Shown here: piece after piece, positions 10,337 to 19,631 of the stretch | Layout of the letters: every line of letters starts with the position of its first letter | Numbering within the stretch: the stretch's first letter is position 1 | Source: Actinomycetota bacterium | GTDB taxonomy: Bacteria > Actinomycetota > Humimicrobiia > Humimicrobiales > Humimicrobiaceae | NCBI GenBank assembly: GCA_051744245.1 | Contig: JBNJCV010000003.1 | Span: 1-54,505, forward strand | Length of the DNA: 54,505 bases | Direction of reading: 5' to 3' | Notes under the pieces: model-generated | Databases searched by the model: none | What the model was told of the DNA's origin: nothing | What the model saw: only the letters and a program-made list of their open reading frames with translations | Position numbers and translations under genes: made by a program

Positions 10337-11047
10337 GTGATTAAAACGTTAACTAAAGAACAACTTGCAAAAACAATTGATCAAACATTGCTTAGGCCAA
10401 TAACCACTATAAAAAATATAGAAAAGCTATGCAGTGACGCCAAGGAGCACCATTTTGCAGCAGTAACTATTAGTCCCTCTTTTATTGTTACTGCCAAAAA
10501 CCTGTTGATAGATACCGATGTTAAGGTATGTTCAATGGTTGGTTTCCCCCTGGGGGCTAATACCATAGAGTCAAAAGTATTTGAAGCGAGGGATAATGTA
10601 AGAAAAGGCGCTGATGAACTGGATATAGTGGTAAATCTGGGCGCCCTTAAGGGCGGTAACTATGATTATATTGAGAGGGAAATAGGTTTGATAGTAAGTG
10701 TTATACGCAGGGAGCAAATGGCTGAGTATAACAAGCATATAAATATCAAATTTATCATTGAAACTGGAGTTTTAACCAAAAGCGAGGTAAAAAAGGTTTG
10801 CGGCATTATTGAGGAATCGGGAGCTGACTTTATCGAGACTTCCACTGGATTTGGAGTAAGGGGAGTTGAGCTTGATGATATCAGGCTAATAAGGGAAGTT
10901 GTAACCAGAAATATAGGGGTAAAAGCTTCAGGCGGCATAAGGACCTTTGCTGATGCCCAAGCCTTAATTGATGCTGGTGCTACCAGGCTTGGAACAAGCA
11001 GCGGATTGAGCATAATGGAAGAGTATAGCAGCTATTTTGATAAATAA
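10337..11047 (+). CDS. deoC: deoxyribose-phosphate aldolase homologue (Schiff-base Lys appears as Glu)
   Basis: VGFPLGA, GADELD, VKASGGIR, GATRLGTS; FIETSTGF in place of FVKTSTGF. Confidence 0.85.
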   Translation: MIKTLTKEQLAKTIDQTLLRPITTIKNIEKLCSDAKEHHFAAVTISPSFIVTAKNLLIDTDVKVCSMVGFPLGANTIESKVFEARDNVRKGADELDIVVNLGALKGGNYDYIEREIGLIVSVIRREQMAEYNKHINIKFIIETGVLTKSEVKKVCGIIEESGADFIETSTGFGVRGVELDDIRLIREVVTRNIGVKASGGIRTFADAQALIDAGATRLGTSSGLSIMEEYSSYFDK

Positions 11048-11829
11048 TGCCTACCTATAAAGCAAAAGCTTTAGTGCTTAGGACCTATAAGCTGGGGGAG
11101 TCAGACAAGATAGTGAGGCTTTATTGCCGGCACCAGGGATTGGTTAGCGCTGTGGGCAAGGGGGCCAGGAAAACCAAAAGCAGGTTTGGCGGAAGGCTAG
11201 AGCTTTTTAACCTTATTGATGCTGAACTGCATGTGGGAAAATCGCTGGATATAATCGGGCAGGCAGAGATTATAGAAAATTTTAAAAATATTGCCAATGA
11301 CTTTTCTAGGTTTGTTTTCTGTGAGCTTATAAGCAAAATAATCCTAAAAACCCATAATGAAATAAGCGAACCCTCTGAAAGTCTCTTTAAGCTTATTTAT
11401 GTCTGCTTCAGGGAAATCAACAGTTCGGGCTATGAAGATATAGTAAGCTTAAAGAAGATAATGTGTTTTTTTATAGCCAAGTTCTTAAGTATTGCGGGGT
11501 TTGGTCCCCTCCTTGGGGTTTGTGCTAAATGCAATAAGAAGCTAGAAGCTAGCCTTTATGGTTTCCACGGAAAAAAAATCCTGTTTTCAGTAAAGCTGGG
11601 GGGAGTGCTTTGCCAGGATTGCAGCATGGGTACAGAAGACACCGGGCTTAATGCTAAAAGCTTCAGACTGCTTTATGATTTTTTCACTAAAAAAATTGAG
11701 GATATAAGGGATATGGAAGTGGACCATTTTGCCTTAAAAAAAGCATATACGGTATTGGAAAATTATATTATATACCATACAGGCTGTAATGTAAGCAGTT
11801 TTCAGTATTTAAAAAAAATCGGAATATAG
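11047..11829 (+). CDS. recO: DNA repair protein RecO
   Basis: LGESDKIV, KGARKTKSRFGGRLE, C4 zinc motif; follows era. Confidence 0.9.
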   Translation: MPTYKAKALVLRTYKLGESDKIVRLYCRHQGLVSAVGKGARKTKSRFGGRLELFNLIDAELHVGKSLDIIGQAEIIENFKNIANDFSRFVFCELISKIILKTHNEISEPSESLFKLIYVCFREINSSGYEDIVSLKKIMCFFIAKFLSIAGFGPLLGVCAKCNKKLEASLYGFHGKKILFSVKLGGVLCQDCSMGTEDTGLNAKSFRLLYDFFTKKIEDIRDMEVDHFALKKAYTVLENYIIYHTGCNVSSFQYLKKIGI

Positions 11830-11840
11830 AAGAGTGTAAT

Positions 11841-12374
11841 ATGAAAGTAATGGGGATTATAGGGTCACCGCATAGAAATGGCAACACTGCATATTTGCTT
11901 AAACATACTTTTAAGGTTATAGGCGTAAGTCACCAGACAGAAATAATCTTTCTAAAGGATTACAACCTAAAGCCTTGCGAGGGTTGCCATAGGTGTAACA
12001 GGGATGGCATCTGTATTATAGAAGACGGGATGCAAGAATTATATAAAAAGCTTCAAAAAGCTGATGCTATCATTTTAGCAAGCCCTTCATATATGGGAGG
12101 GGTTACTTCCAGGCTCAAGATATTTATGGAAAGGTGCTGGCACTTGAGGAAGGGAAAGCTAGAAGGGAAAATTGGCTCTTATATTATAGCTGGAAGGAGA
12201 AAGATTGGCCTTGCTCCAGGCGAAATAATGGAATGCCTGGCCAGGCTAAAATTAATAATTTTGCCAGGGGTTCTAGGTTATGGATTCGGGAAGGGAAGCA
12301 TAAAAGAAGACACAGAAGCATTACAAGAGGCTAAAAGGCTGGGTCAGGCTGTGATTTCCAGCCTTGATAGATGA
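11841..12374 (+). CDS. iron-sulfur flavoprotein / flavodoxin-like FMN reductase
   Basis: GSPHRNGNT, Cx2Cx2Cx5C, ASPSYMG. Confidence 0.85.
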   Translation: MKVMGIIGSPHRNGNTAYLLKHTFKVIGVSHQTEIIFLKDYNLKPCEGCHRCNRDGICIIEDGMQELYKKLQKADAIILASPSYMGGVTSRLKIFMERCWHLRKGKLEGKIGSYIIAGRRKIGLAPGEIMECLARLKLIILPGVLGYGFGKGSIKEDTEALQEAKRLGQAVISSLDR

Positions 12375-12421
12375 ACTGATGTTCAATATAATGATAAAAA
12401 TTAATAAGCATTTTTAAGGCT

Positions 12422-12691
12422 ATGATATATATAGAAAGAAGATTTTGTACTGGATGCAGGCTTTGCAAAAAAGAGTGCCCCCAGGGCGCAATAAAAATTA
12501 TAAATTATAAGGCTTATGTTGACTATTCTAAATGCAATGGGTGCAACAGATGCATTTATGTATGCCCCAGCGCGGCAATTAAGAAAAAAGAAAAGTCCAC
12601 TAAAAAAGACATGAAGAAAGAATTAGCAGATATTGGGGAAAAAATAGAGAAAATGAAGGTAAATATAGATAAATTAGAAAGAAAATCATGA
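12422..12691 (+). CDS. 2x[4Fe-4S] ferredoxin-domain protein with basic coiled-coil-like tail
   Basis: Two CxxCxxCxxxCP motifs. Confidence 0.85.
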   Translation: MIYIERRFCTGCRLCKKECPQGAIKIINYKAYVDYSKCNGCNRCIYVCPSAAIKKKEKSTKKDMKKELADIGEKIEKMKVNIDKLERKS

Positions 12692-12999
12692 AGAGAAAAG
12701 TAGAATACAAGGATATTGAAAATGCAAGGAGAATACTAGAAATTGGCGAAAAGGAAAGCATTAACAGTATAAAAAAGAAATATAGAAAACTTTCTTTAAA
12801 ATACCATCCCGATAAGTGCAAGGACACATCAAAGGCCGAATGTGAAGAAAAGATAAAAGAAATAAACCAGGCTTATGAAACCATAATGGATTATTGTTTT
12901 AAATATCCGGTAAGTTTTAACCGCGAAATGGTAAGGAATTTAGAAGATGGAGAATATATTAAATACCACAGGGAGCGGTTTTATGATACATGGTGGTAG
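12688..12999 (+). CDS. small J-domain protein
   Basis: IKKKYRKLSLKYHPD..EINQAYE. Confidence 0.85.
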   Translation: MKRKVEYKDIENARRILEIGEKESINSIKKKYRKLSLKYHPDKCKDTSKAECEEKIKEINQAYETIMDYCFKYPVSFNREMVRNLEDGEYIKYHRERFYDTWW

Positions 13000-13001
13000 T
13001 G

Positions 13002-13634
13002 ATGGCAAAGGTTGAACCTTTCGAAAAATACCCAGGCAAATACGAGGATTGGTTTACCAGGAATAAATTTGTCTATGAGTCAGAACTAAGGGCAATAAAA
13101 GATATTCTTCCGAGCTTTGAAAAAGGTATAGAAATCGGGGTGGGAAGCGGAAGGTTTGCTGCGCCTTTGGGCATAAAGTTTGGAGTGGAGCCTTCTGAGA
13201 AGATGAGGAAAATAGCCCGTAAAAGAGGCATAGAAGCAGTAGAGGGAGTTGGGGAAAATCTGGAATTTGAGGATTGCAGCTTTGACCTTGCCCTTATGGT
13301 CACTACAATATGTTTTTTGAATGATGTGGAAAAAGCATTTAGCGAAGTATACCGGATCTTAGAGCCTGGAGGCTATTTTGTGGTTGCTTTGGTGGACAGG
13401 GAGAGCAGGCTGGGGAAAATCTATAAAAAGCATAAGCATGAAAATGTATTCTACAGGCAGGCAAAGTTTCATTCTGCCAGGGAGACAATAGGATATCTAA
13501 AAGAAGCTGGGTTTACCAGCATTACAGAAAAGCAGACAGTTTTTGGCCGGCTGGATGAAATCACATGTATGCAGGAGCCCAAGGATGGTTTTGGGGAAGG
13601 CTCTTTTGTAGCAATAAGAGGCCAGAAAGTATAG
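13002..13634 (+). CDS. class I SAM-dependent methyltransferase
   Basis: EIGVGSGRF motif I, SFDL, RILEPGG. Confidence 0.85.
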   Translation: MAKVEPFEKYPGKYEDWFTRNKFVYESELRAIKDILPSFEKGIEIGVGSGRFAAPLGIKFGVEPSEKMRKIARKRGIEAVEGVGENLEFEDCSFDLALMVTTICFLNDVEKAFSEVYRILEPGGYFVVALVDRESRLGKIYKKHKHENVFYRQAKFHSARETIGYLKEAGFTSITEKQTVFGRLDEITCMQEPKDGFGEGSFVAIRGQKV

Positions 13635-13722
13635 GTAGATTTTAAGAAATTTGAACAGTATCATAGCATTTCTGCTGTCCGCTAGAATTAAGGAAATTTT
13701 TAGCAAAAATTTTTAGCTTAAA

Positions 13723-13751
13723 TTGACTATAAGCAACAATATTATTACAAT
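13723..13751 (+). promoter_or_regulatory. sigma70-type promoter of glyQS
   Basis: TTGACT-N17-TACAAT, 8 nt before the glyQ ATG; no SD and no room for a T-box. Confidence 0.6.
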
Positions 13752-13759
13752 GGTAGATT

Positions 13760-14629
13760 ATGAATTTTCAGGACATAATTTTTAGCTTACAGAAATACTG
13801 GAGCGGCAAAGGCTGCATAATTAAGCAACCCCTGGACTTAGAAAAAGGGGCAGGGACTTTTAACCCGGATACTTTTCTTAGATGTTTGGGCCCTGAGCCC
13901 TGGAATGTAGCTTATGTTGAACCTTCCAGAAGACCTGCTGATGGGAGATATGGTGAGAACCCATTTAGGACCCAATTTTACTACCAGTACCAGGTACTTC
14001 TAAAGCCATCACCTGATGATGTAATCAGCCTTTACCTGGGTTCCCTTGAAAGCTTGGGCATTGACTTAAAACTCCATGACATAAGGTTCGTAGAAGATGA
14101 CTGGCAGTCACCTACCATAGGGGCAGCTGGCCTGGGCTGGGAAGTCTGGGCAGACGGCATGGAAATTACCCAGTTCACTTATTTCCAGCAGATGGGAGGA
14201 ATCCAGCTAAAGCCAGTGTCTGCAGAAATAACTTATGGCTTGGAGAGAATTGCCATGTATTTGCAGGATAAAAATAGTTTTTGGGACCTTAACTGGAATG
14301 ATAATATAACTTATGGTGATGTGGGGCTAGAACCTGAAAAGCAGTGGTGCGTGTATAATTTTGAATTAGCTGATGTGGATATGCTTCTGGATATGTTTGA
14401 AAAGTTTGAAAAGGAATTCAGCAAGGCCATGGAAAGGGATCTGGTATTTGTGGCTTGCGAATATGTGCTGAAGTGTTCCCATGTTTTTAACTTGCTGGAT
14501 GCCAGGGAGGCAATTAGTGTGGCCGAGAGAACCTCTTATATAGCCAGGGTAAGGAATTTGGCAAAAAAACTTTGTAAAGCTTATATAGAGCAAAGGAAGG
14601 AATTAGGGTATCCTTTAATTAAGAAATAA
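13760..14629 (+). CDS. glyQ: glycine-tRNA ligase alpha subunit
   Basis: [39 protein letters not shown]. Confidence 0.97.
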   Translation: MNFQDIIFSLQKYWSGKGCIIKQPLDLEKGAGTFNPDTFLRCLGPEPWNVAYVEPSRRPADGRYGENPFRTQFYYQYQVLLKPSPDDVISLYLGSLESLGIDLKLHDIRFVEDDWQSPTIGAAGLGWEVWADGMEITQFTYFQQMGGIQLKPVSAEITYGLERIAMYLQDKNSFWDLNWNDNITYGDVGLEPEKQWCVYNFELADVDMLLDMFEKFEKEFSKAMERDLVFVACEYVLKCSHVFNLLDAREAISVAERTSYIARVRNLAKKLCKAYIEQRKELGYPLIKK

Positions 14630-14631
14630 TT

Positions 14632-16710
14632 ATGGATGAATTAGTTTTTGAAATTGGAACAGAAGAACTGCCTTCTTCATGTATAAAAGAAGGGATTAAA
14701 GAATTAGGAAAAATACTAAGCCAGGATCTTAGACAGAGCAGGATAAATTATTCGCAGATAAAAACTTTTGGGACTCCCAGGAGGCTGGTAGCAATAGTTG
14801 ATGAAGTAGCAGAAATGCAGGAGTCTGAGAAAAAAGTAGTTACCGGTCCCCCTAAAAAAATAGCTTACAAAGATGGAAAGCCAACCAAGGCTGCCATAGG
14901 TTTTGCCAAAAGCCTGGGGTTGAAGCCTGGAGAGTTGGAGGAAATTAAAACCGGCAATGGCATTTATATGGGTAAAACCATATTAGAAGAAGGCAAGCCT
15001 ACTATTGAGGTAATACCGGGGATCCTGAAGGATACCATGCTTTCTATTTCCTTTTCTAAACGGATGAGATGGGGAGACCTTGATATTACATTTGCTCGGC
15101 CTATAAGGTGGATATTAGCTTTATTGGGGGATAGGGTAATTGAGTTCGATGTAGCAAATTTAACCCCGGAGAGGATTACTTATGGCTACAGGGCACTTGC
15201 AGAAAACTCTATCAAGATAGCTAGTGCCACAGAATATGTAAAGAAATTAAGGGAGAAGGGCAAAGTTATCCTTGACCCCGAAGAAAGAAAAAATCTAATA
15301 ACCAGCTCCATAGAAAATATTGAACAAGTAGAATGGGGCGGCAAATTAAAAACAGTATTAAATGAAAGCTTATTGGAAGAAGTGGCTAACCTGGTAGAGA
15401 TTCCAAATGTCCTGGTGGGAAGTTTTCCTGAACAGTTCTTATACATTCCTAAAGATATTTTAATAAAGGCTATTGAGTACCACCAAAAATATTTTGCAGT
15501 TCTAGATAAAAGCGGCAATGTTTCCACTAAATTTATAATAGTGCAGAATGGGGTAGAGGACATAAGCGGTGAAATAGCCAAGGGCAATAGCAGGGTGTTG
15601 TGGGCTAGGCTCAGCGATGCGGCCTTTTTCTACGAGGAAGACAAAAAACATAGCTTTCCCTATTGGCTTGAGAAGCTAAAGGGAGTAATTTTTTATTCAG
15701 GCATAGGAAACATGCATGATAAAGTTCAAAGGATTACCGAAATTTCCTTAAATATGGCTGCTTTACTGGGAAAATCCTATATGGATGGGGATTTAAAAAA
15801 AGCAGCAGAAATATGCAAATGTGACCTGGTAACCAACATGGTGGTAGAATTTCCGGAGCTCCAGGGAATTGTGGGCAGGGAGTATGCCTTGGAAAAGGAC
15901 ATAAAGGAGGATATAGCTAATTCTGTATTTGAGCACTACAAGCCTAATTTTGCAGGGGACAGCCTGCCTTCTACCAAGTTAAGCGCTGTACTTTCCATTG
16001 CAGATAAAATAGATACTATCTCGGGAATGTTTTTGCTTGGCAATATACCAACAGGCTCAGAAGATCCTTTTGCTTTGAGGAGGAAAGCCTCAGGGATAGT
16101 AAAAACAATGCTGGATAAAGAATTTGACCTTAATATTTCTGACTTGGCCAGTTTTTCCTTGGACCTATATGCTGAAAAATTTAAGGTGAACAAAGGAGAA
16201 AACATAGAAGGAAAAGTGGTAGATTTTGTACTGGCAAGGTACAGGTATATTCTGGAAAAAAGAAAGAAGCAGCCCGATATTTTTGATGCCATAACTGCCA
16301 CCGGGGCATCTTCGGTATATGACATTAGCTTGCGCTATAAGGCGGTTGAGGATTTTATAAATAAAGGGGATATTGAAAGCATTATTAATCCTATGGTAAG
16401 GTGTAAAAATATAACCAGGGGCAGGGAAGCGGGTGAGGTAGACCCGTCACTGTTTGCCGGAGGGGGCGAAAAAAGGCTTTTTGAAACTTATAGGGTTACA
16501 GAAGAAAAGGTAAAAGCCCAGGCCGAAAATAAAGAATACGCAAAAATGCTTCTGTCCCTGCAGGACTTCGGAAAAGTAATTGATGATTTTTTTGATGAAG
16601 TGTTAGTTATGGCAAAAGAGGAAAACATAAGAAGAAATAGAATCAACCTTGTAAATAAGGCTTCCAGCCTGTATTACCGGATAGCTGATTTTTCAAAGCT
16701 GGTTATCTAG
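14632..16710 (+). CDS. glyS: glycine-tRNA ligase beta subunit
   Basis: EIGTEELP, TPRRL, FARPIRW, EFPELQG, GSEDPFALRR. Confidence 0.96.
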   Translation: MDELVFEIGTEELPSSCIKEGIKELGKILSQDLRQSRINYSQIKTFGTPRRLVAIVDEVAEMQESEKKVVTGPPKKIAYKDGKPTKAAIGFAKSLGLKPGELEEIKTGNGIYMGKTILEEGKPTIEVIPGILKDTMLSISFSKRMRWGDLDITFARPIRWILALLGDRVIEFDVANLTPERITYGYRALAENSIKIASATEYVKKLREKGKVILDPEERKNLITSSIENIEQVEWGGKLKTVLNESLLEEVANLVEIPNVLVGSFPEQFLYIPKDILIKAIEYHQKYFAVLDKSGNVSTKFIIVQNGVEDISGEIAKGNSRVLWARLSDAAFFYEEDKKHSFPYWLEKLKGVIFYSGIGNMHDKVQRITEISLNMAALLGKSYMDGDLKKAAEICKCDLVTNMVVEFPELQGIVGREYALEKDIKEDIANSVFEHYKPNFAGDSLPSTKLSAVLSIADKIDTISGMFLLGNIPTGSEDPFALRRKASGIVKTMLDKEFDLNISDLASFSLDLYAEKFKVNKGENIEGKVVDFVLARYRYILEKRKKQPDIFDAITATGASSVYDISLRYKAVEDFINKGDIESIINPMVRCKNITRGREAGEVDPSLFAGGGEKRLFETYRVTEEKVKAQAENKEYAKMLLSLQDFGKVIDDFFDEVLVMAKEENIRRNRINLVNKASSLYYRIADFSKLVI

Positions 16711-16775
16711 AAATCAGTTTAAATAAGAGTAAAAAAATATTATAATTGCTAAAAATAAAAAGAAGGGATATAAAA

Positions 16776-19406
16776 ATGGCAGACAAAAAATATGTATACT
16801 TTTTTGGTGAAGGCAAAAAAGAAATGAAAAAACTCCTGGGAGGCAAGGGAGCAAACTTGTCCGAAATGACCAATATTGGCTTACCAGTACCCCCAGGATT
16901 TACTATCAGTTCAGAAATTTGCAACTTATATTATGAATTAGGTGAAAGATATCCGGAAGGCTTGCAGGAAGAGATAGACAAGAACTTAAATAAGCTTGAA
17001 GAAAAAATGGGGTTAAAATTAGGAGATGAGAAAGACCCTCTGCTGGTTTCAGTAAGATCAGGGGCTGCAATATCAATGCCCGGCATGATGGATACAGTGC
17101 TGAATTTAGGTTTGAATGACAATACTGTAAAAGGCCTGATTGCTAAAACCAATAATGAAAGGTTTAGCTGGGATTCCTATAGAAGATTTATCCAGATGTT
17201 TGGAGATGTAGTAATGGGAATAGAGCATGATAAGTTTGAAGAAGCCCTGCAGGCAAAAAAAGACCAGAAAGGGGCTAAATTTGACACAGACCTTGACGCT
17301 GAGGACCTGAAGGACTTGGTTGAAGATTACAAAAAAATTATAAAGGAAGAAACAGACAAGGAATTTCCACAAGATCCAAGAAAGCAACTGCAGATGTCTA
17401 TAGATGCGGTATTCGGGTCATGGAACAACAAGAGGGCTATTACATACAGGAATATTCATGAGATACCGCACAGCCTTGGGACTGCTGTAAATGTACAGAC
17501 TATGGTTTTTGGAAATATGGGTGAAAAATCAGGCACAGGGGTAGCTTTTACCAGAAATCCGTCAACCGGAGAGAAAAAAGAGTATGGAGAATATCTAATT
17601 AATGCGCAAGGGGAAGACGTGGTTGCAGGAATAAGAACCCCTAAACCGATATCAGAGCTTAAAGACGATATGCCTAAGATATTCGAGCAGCTTAAAGAAA
17701 TTTTTGACAAGCTTGAACAGCATTACAAAGATGTACAGGACTTAGAGTTTACTATTCAGGAAGGAAACCTATATATCCTTCAGACCAGGACAGGGAAAAG
17801 GACGGCTGCTGCTGCATTGCAGATTGCTGTAGATATGGAAAAAGAAGGTTTAATTGATAAAAAGATGGCTGTAAAAAGGGTCGAACCTAAGCAATTAGAC
17901 CAGCTGCTGCATAAAAGGATAGATCCTAAAGCCAAAGATGATGCTGAGCTTCTAGCAAAGGGGTTGCCTGCTTCCCCAGGAGCTGCCTTAGGCAAGGTTG
18001 TATTTACTGCTGATGAAGCAGTAAAAGAAGCAGAAAATAATAATGTAATACTGGTTAGGACAGAAACTTCTCCTGAAGACATAGAAGGCATGTCTGTTGC
18101 ACAAGGAATTCTTACTTCCCGGGGAGGAATGACTTCACATGCTGCCGTTGTTGCCAGGGGCATGGGCAAATGTTGTGTAGCCGGGAGTGAAGATATAAAG
18201 GTGTATGATAGTGATAAGTATTTTGTAAGTTCGGTTAATGGTAAAAAAATAAAACAAGGTGACTGGATTACCTTAGATGGTTCCACCGGCGAGGTATTTC
18301 TAGGCAAGCTAGAGGTAATTGACCCAGAAATTTCAGGAAATTTTGAATTATTTATAGAGTGGGTGGATGAATTCAGGAAATTAGGAGTCAGGGCAAATGC
18401 TGATACCCCCCATGATGCTGAAGTAGCATTAAAATTTGGAGCTGAAGGTATTGGTTTATGCAGGACAGAACATATGTTCTTTGGCAGTGACAGGATAAAG
18501 GCAGTAAGAAAGATGATAGTGGCAGGAAATGAAGAAGAAAGAAGAACAGCGCTTATGGCTTTGCTTCCGTACCAGAAACAGGATTTTATAGATATCTTGA
18601 AAGTAATGGAAGGCAAACCTGTAACTATCAGATTGCTCGATCCTCCATTACATGAATTCCTGCCAACAGAGGATGAAGATATAAAGGAACTTGCAGATGA
18701 GTTAGAGATAGAATTTAAGGAACTTAAGTCGACTGTAAGGGCATTAGGTGAAATAAACCCCATGCTTGGCCACAGGGGATGCAGGCTTTCAGTAACCTAC
18801 CCTGAAATACTTGAAATGCAGGCCAGAGCAATATTTGAAGCTACCATAGAATTAACTAAAGAGGGTATAGAAGTTGAACCAGAGGTTATGATACCGTTAG
18901 TGGGAATAGTTGAAGAGCTAAATATATTAAAAGAACAGATAATCAAAATAGCTGACGAGTTGATTAAAGAGAATGGTGTTAAATTTGATTATAAGGTGGG
19001 AACCATGATTGAAGTACCCAGGGCTTGTGTTACAGCTGACGAAATAGCAAAAGAAACAGAATTCTTTAGCTTTGGGACCAATGATTTAACTCAGCTGACT
19101 TTTGGATTTTCCAGGGATGATGTTGGAAAATTCTTACAGGATTATGTAGATAAAGGTATACTGGAAAGGGATCCATTTGCCAGCTTGGATATAGGTGGTG
19201 TTGGCCAACTAGTTAAAATGGGTATAGAGAAGGGAAGATCGGCTAAAAAAGATTTAAAAATTGGCATTTGCGGTGAACATGGCGGAGACCCGAAGTCAAT
19301 AGACTTCTGCAACAAGGCTGGCATGGATTATGTAAGCTGTTCTCCTTACAGGGTGCCAATAGCAAGGCTAGCAGCTGCGCAGTCCAATATAAGTGAAGAA
19401 GAATAG
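16776..19406 (+). CDS. ppdK: pyruvate, phosphate dikinase
   Basis: LGGKGANL, VSVRSGA..SMPGMMDT, GGMTSHAAVVARG, GICGEHGGDP. Confidence 0.97.
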   Translation: MADKKYVYFFGEGKKEMKKLLGGKGANLSEMTNIGLPVPPGFTISSEICNLYYELGERYPEGLQEEIDKNLNKLEEKMGLKLGDEKDPLLVSVRSGAAISMPGMMDTVLNLGLNDNTVKGLIAKTNNERFSWDSYRRFIQMFGDVVMGIEHDKFEEALQAKKDQKGAKFDTDLDAEDLKDLVEDYKKIIKEETDKEFPQDPRKQLQMSIDAVFGSWNNKRAITYRNIHEIPHSLGTAVNVQTMVFGNMGEKSGTGVAFTRNPSTGEKKEYGEYLINAQGEDVVAGIRTPKPISELKDDMPKIFEQLKEIFDKLEQHYKDVQDLEFTIQEGNLYILQTRTGKRTAAAALQIAVDMEKEGLIDKKMAVKRVEPKQLDQLLHKRIDPKAKDDAELLAKGLPASPGAALGKVVFTADEAVKEAENNNVILVRTETSPEDIEGMSVAQGILTSRGGMTSHAAVVARGMGKCCVAGSEDIKVYDSDKYFVSSVNGKKIKQGDWITLDGSTGEVFLGKLEVIDPEISGNFELFIEWVDEFRKLGVRANADTPHDAEVALKFGAEGIGLCRTEHMFFGSDRIKAVRKMIVAGNEEERRTALMALLPYQKQDFIDILKVMEGKPVTIRLLDPPLHEFLPTEDEDIKELADELEIEFKELKSTVRALGEINPMLGHRGCRLSVTYPEILEMQARAIFEATIELTKEGIEVEPEVMIPLVGIVEELNILKEQIIKIADELIKENGVKFDYKVGTMIEVPRACVTADEIAKETEFFSFGTNDLTQLTFGFSRDDVGKFLQDYVDKGILERDPFASLDIGGVGQLVKMGIEKGRSAKKDLKIGICGEHGGDPKSIDFCNKAGMDYVSCSPYRVPIARLAAAQSNISEEE

Positions 19407-19428
19407 TAATATAAGGAAAATAATCTCT

Positions 19429-19453
19429 ATGGGCAGCCCCAGGCTGCCCATTT
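19429..19453 (+). terminator. intrinsic terminator after ppdK
   Basis: ATGGGCAGCC-CCA-GGCTGCCCAT hairpin with a short T tail. Confidence 0.7.
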
Positions 19454-19631
19454 AAACTGCATTTAAAAAGAATTAGTAAAAAATTCTTTTGCTGTAATAG
19501 CACAGGATTTAATGATCCTGTGCTATATCTCCAACCCAAAGTTAATTTGAAGAGAATTTAAAATAAACAACCGGCAAAAGAATGATATAATTAGAATATC
19601 ATTTTAAACATTGATTATTGGTTAAACAATT

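Noticed and set aside
17780-18763. Long antisense ORF in ppdK and similar shadow ORFs (283-858, 21550-22620, 36919-37521)
   Set aside because: They lie opposite well-supported genes, are Ser/Ile/Phe-rich as expected from codon mirroring, and show no motifs.
19497-19526. CIRCE element
   Set aside because: TAGCAC/GTGCTA arms are similar, but inner bases and spacing differ from TTAGCACTC-N9-GAGTGCTAA, and it is not upstream of a chaperone gene.
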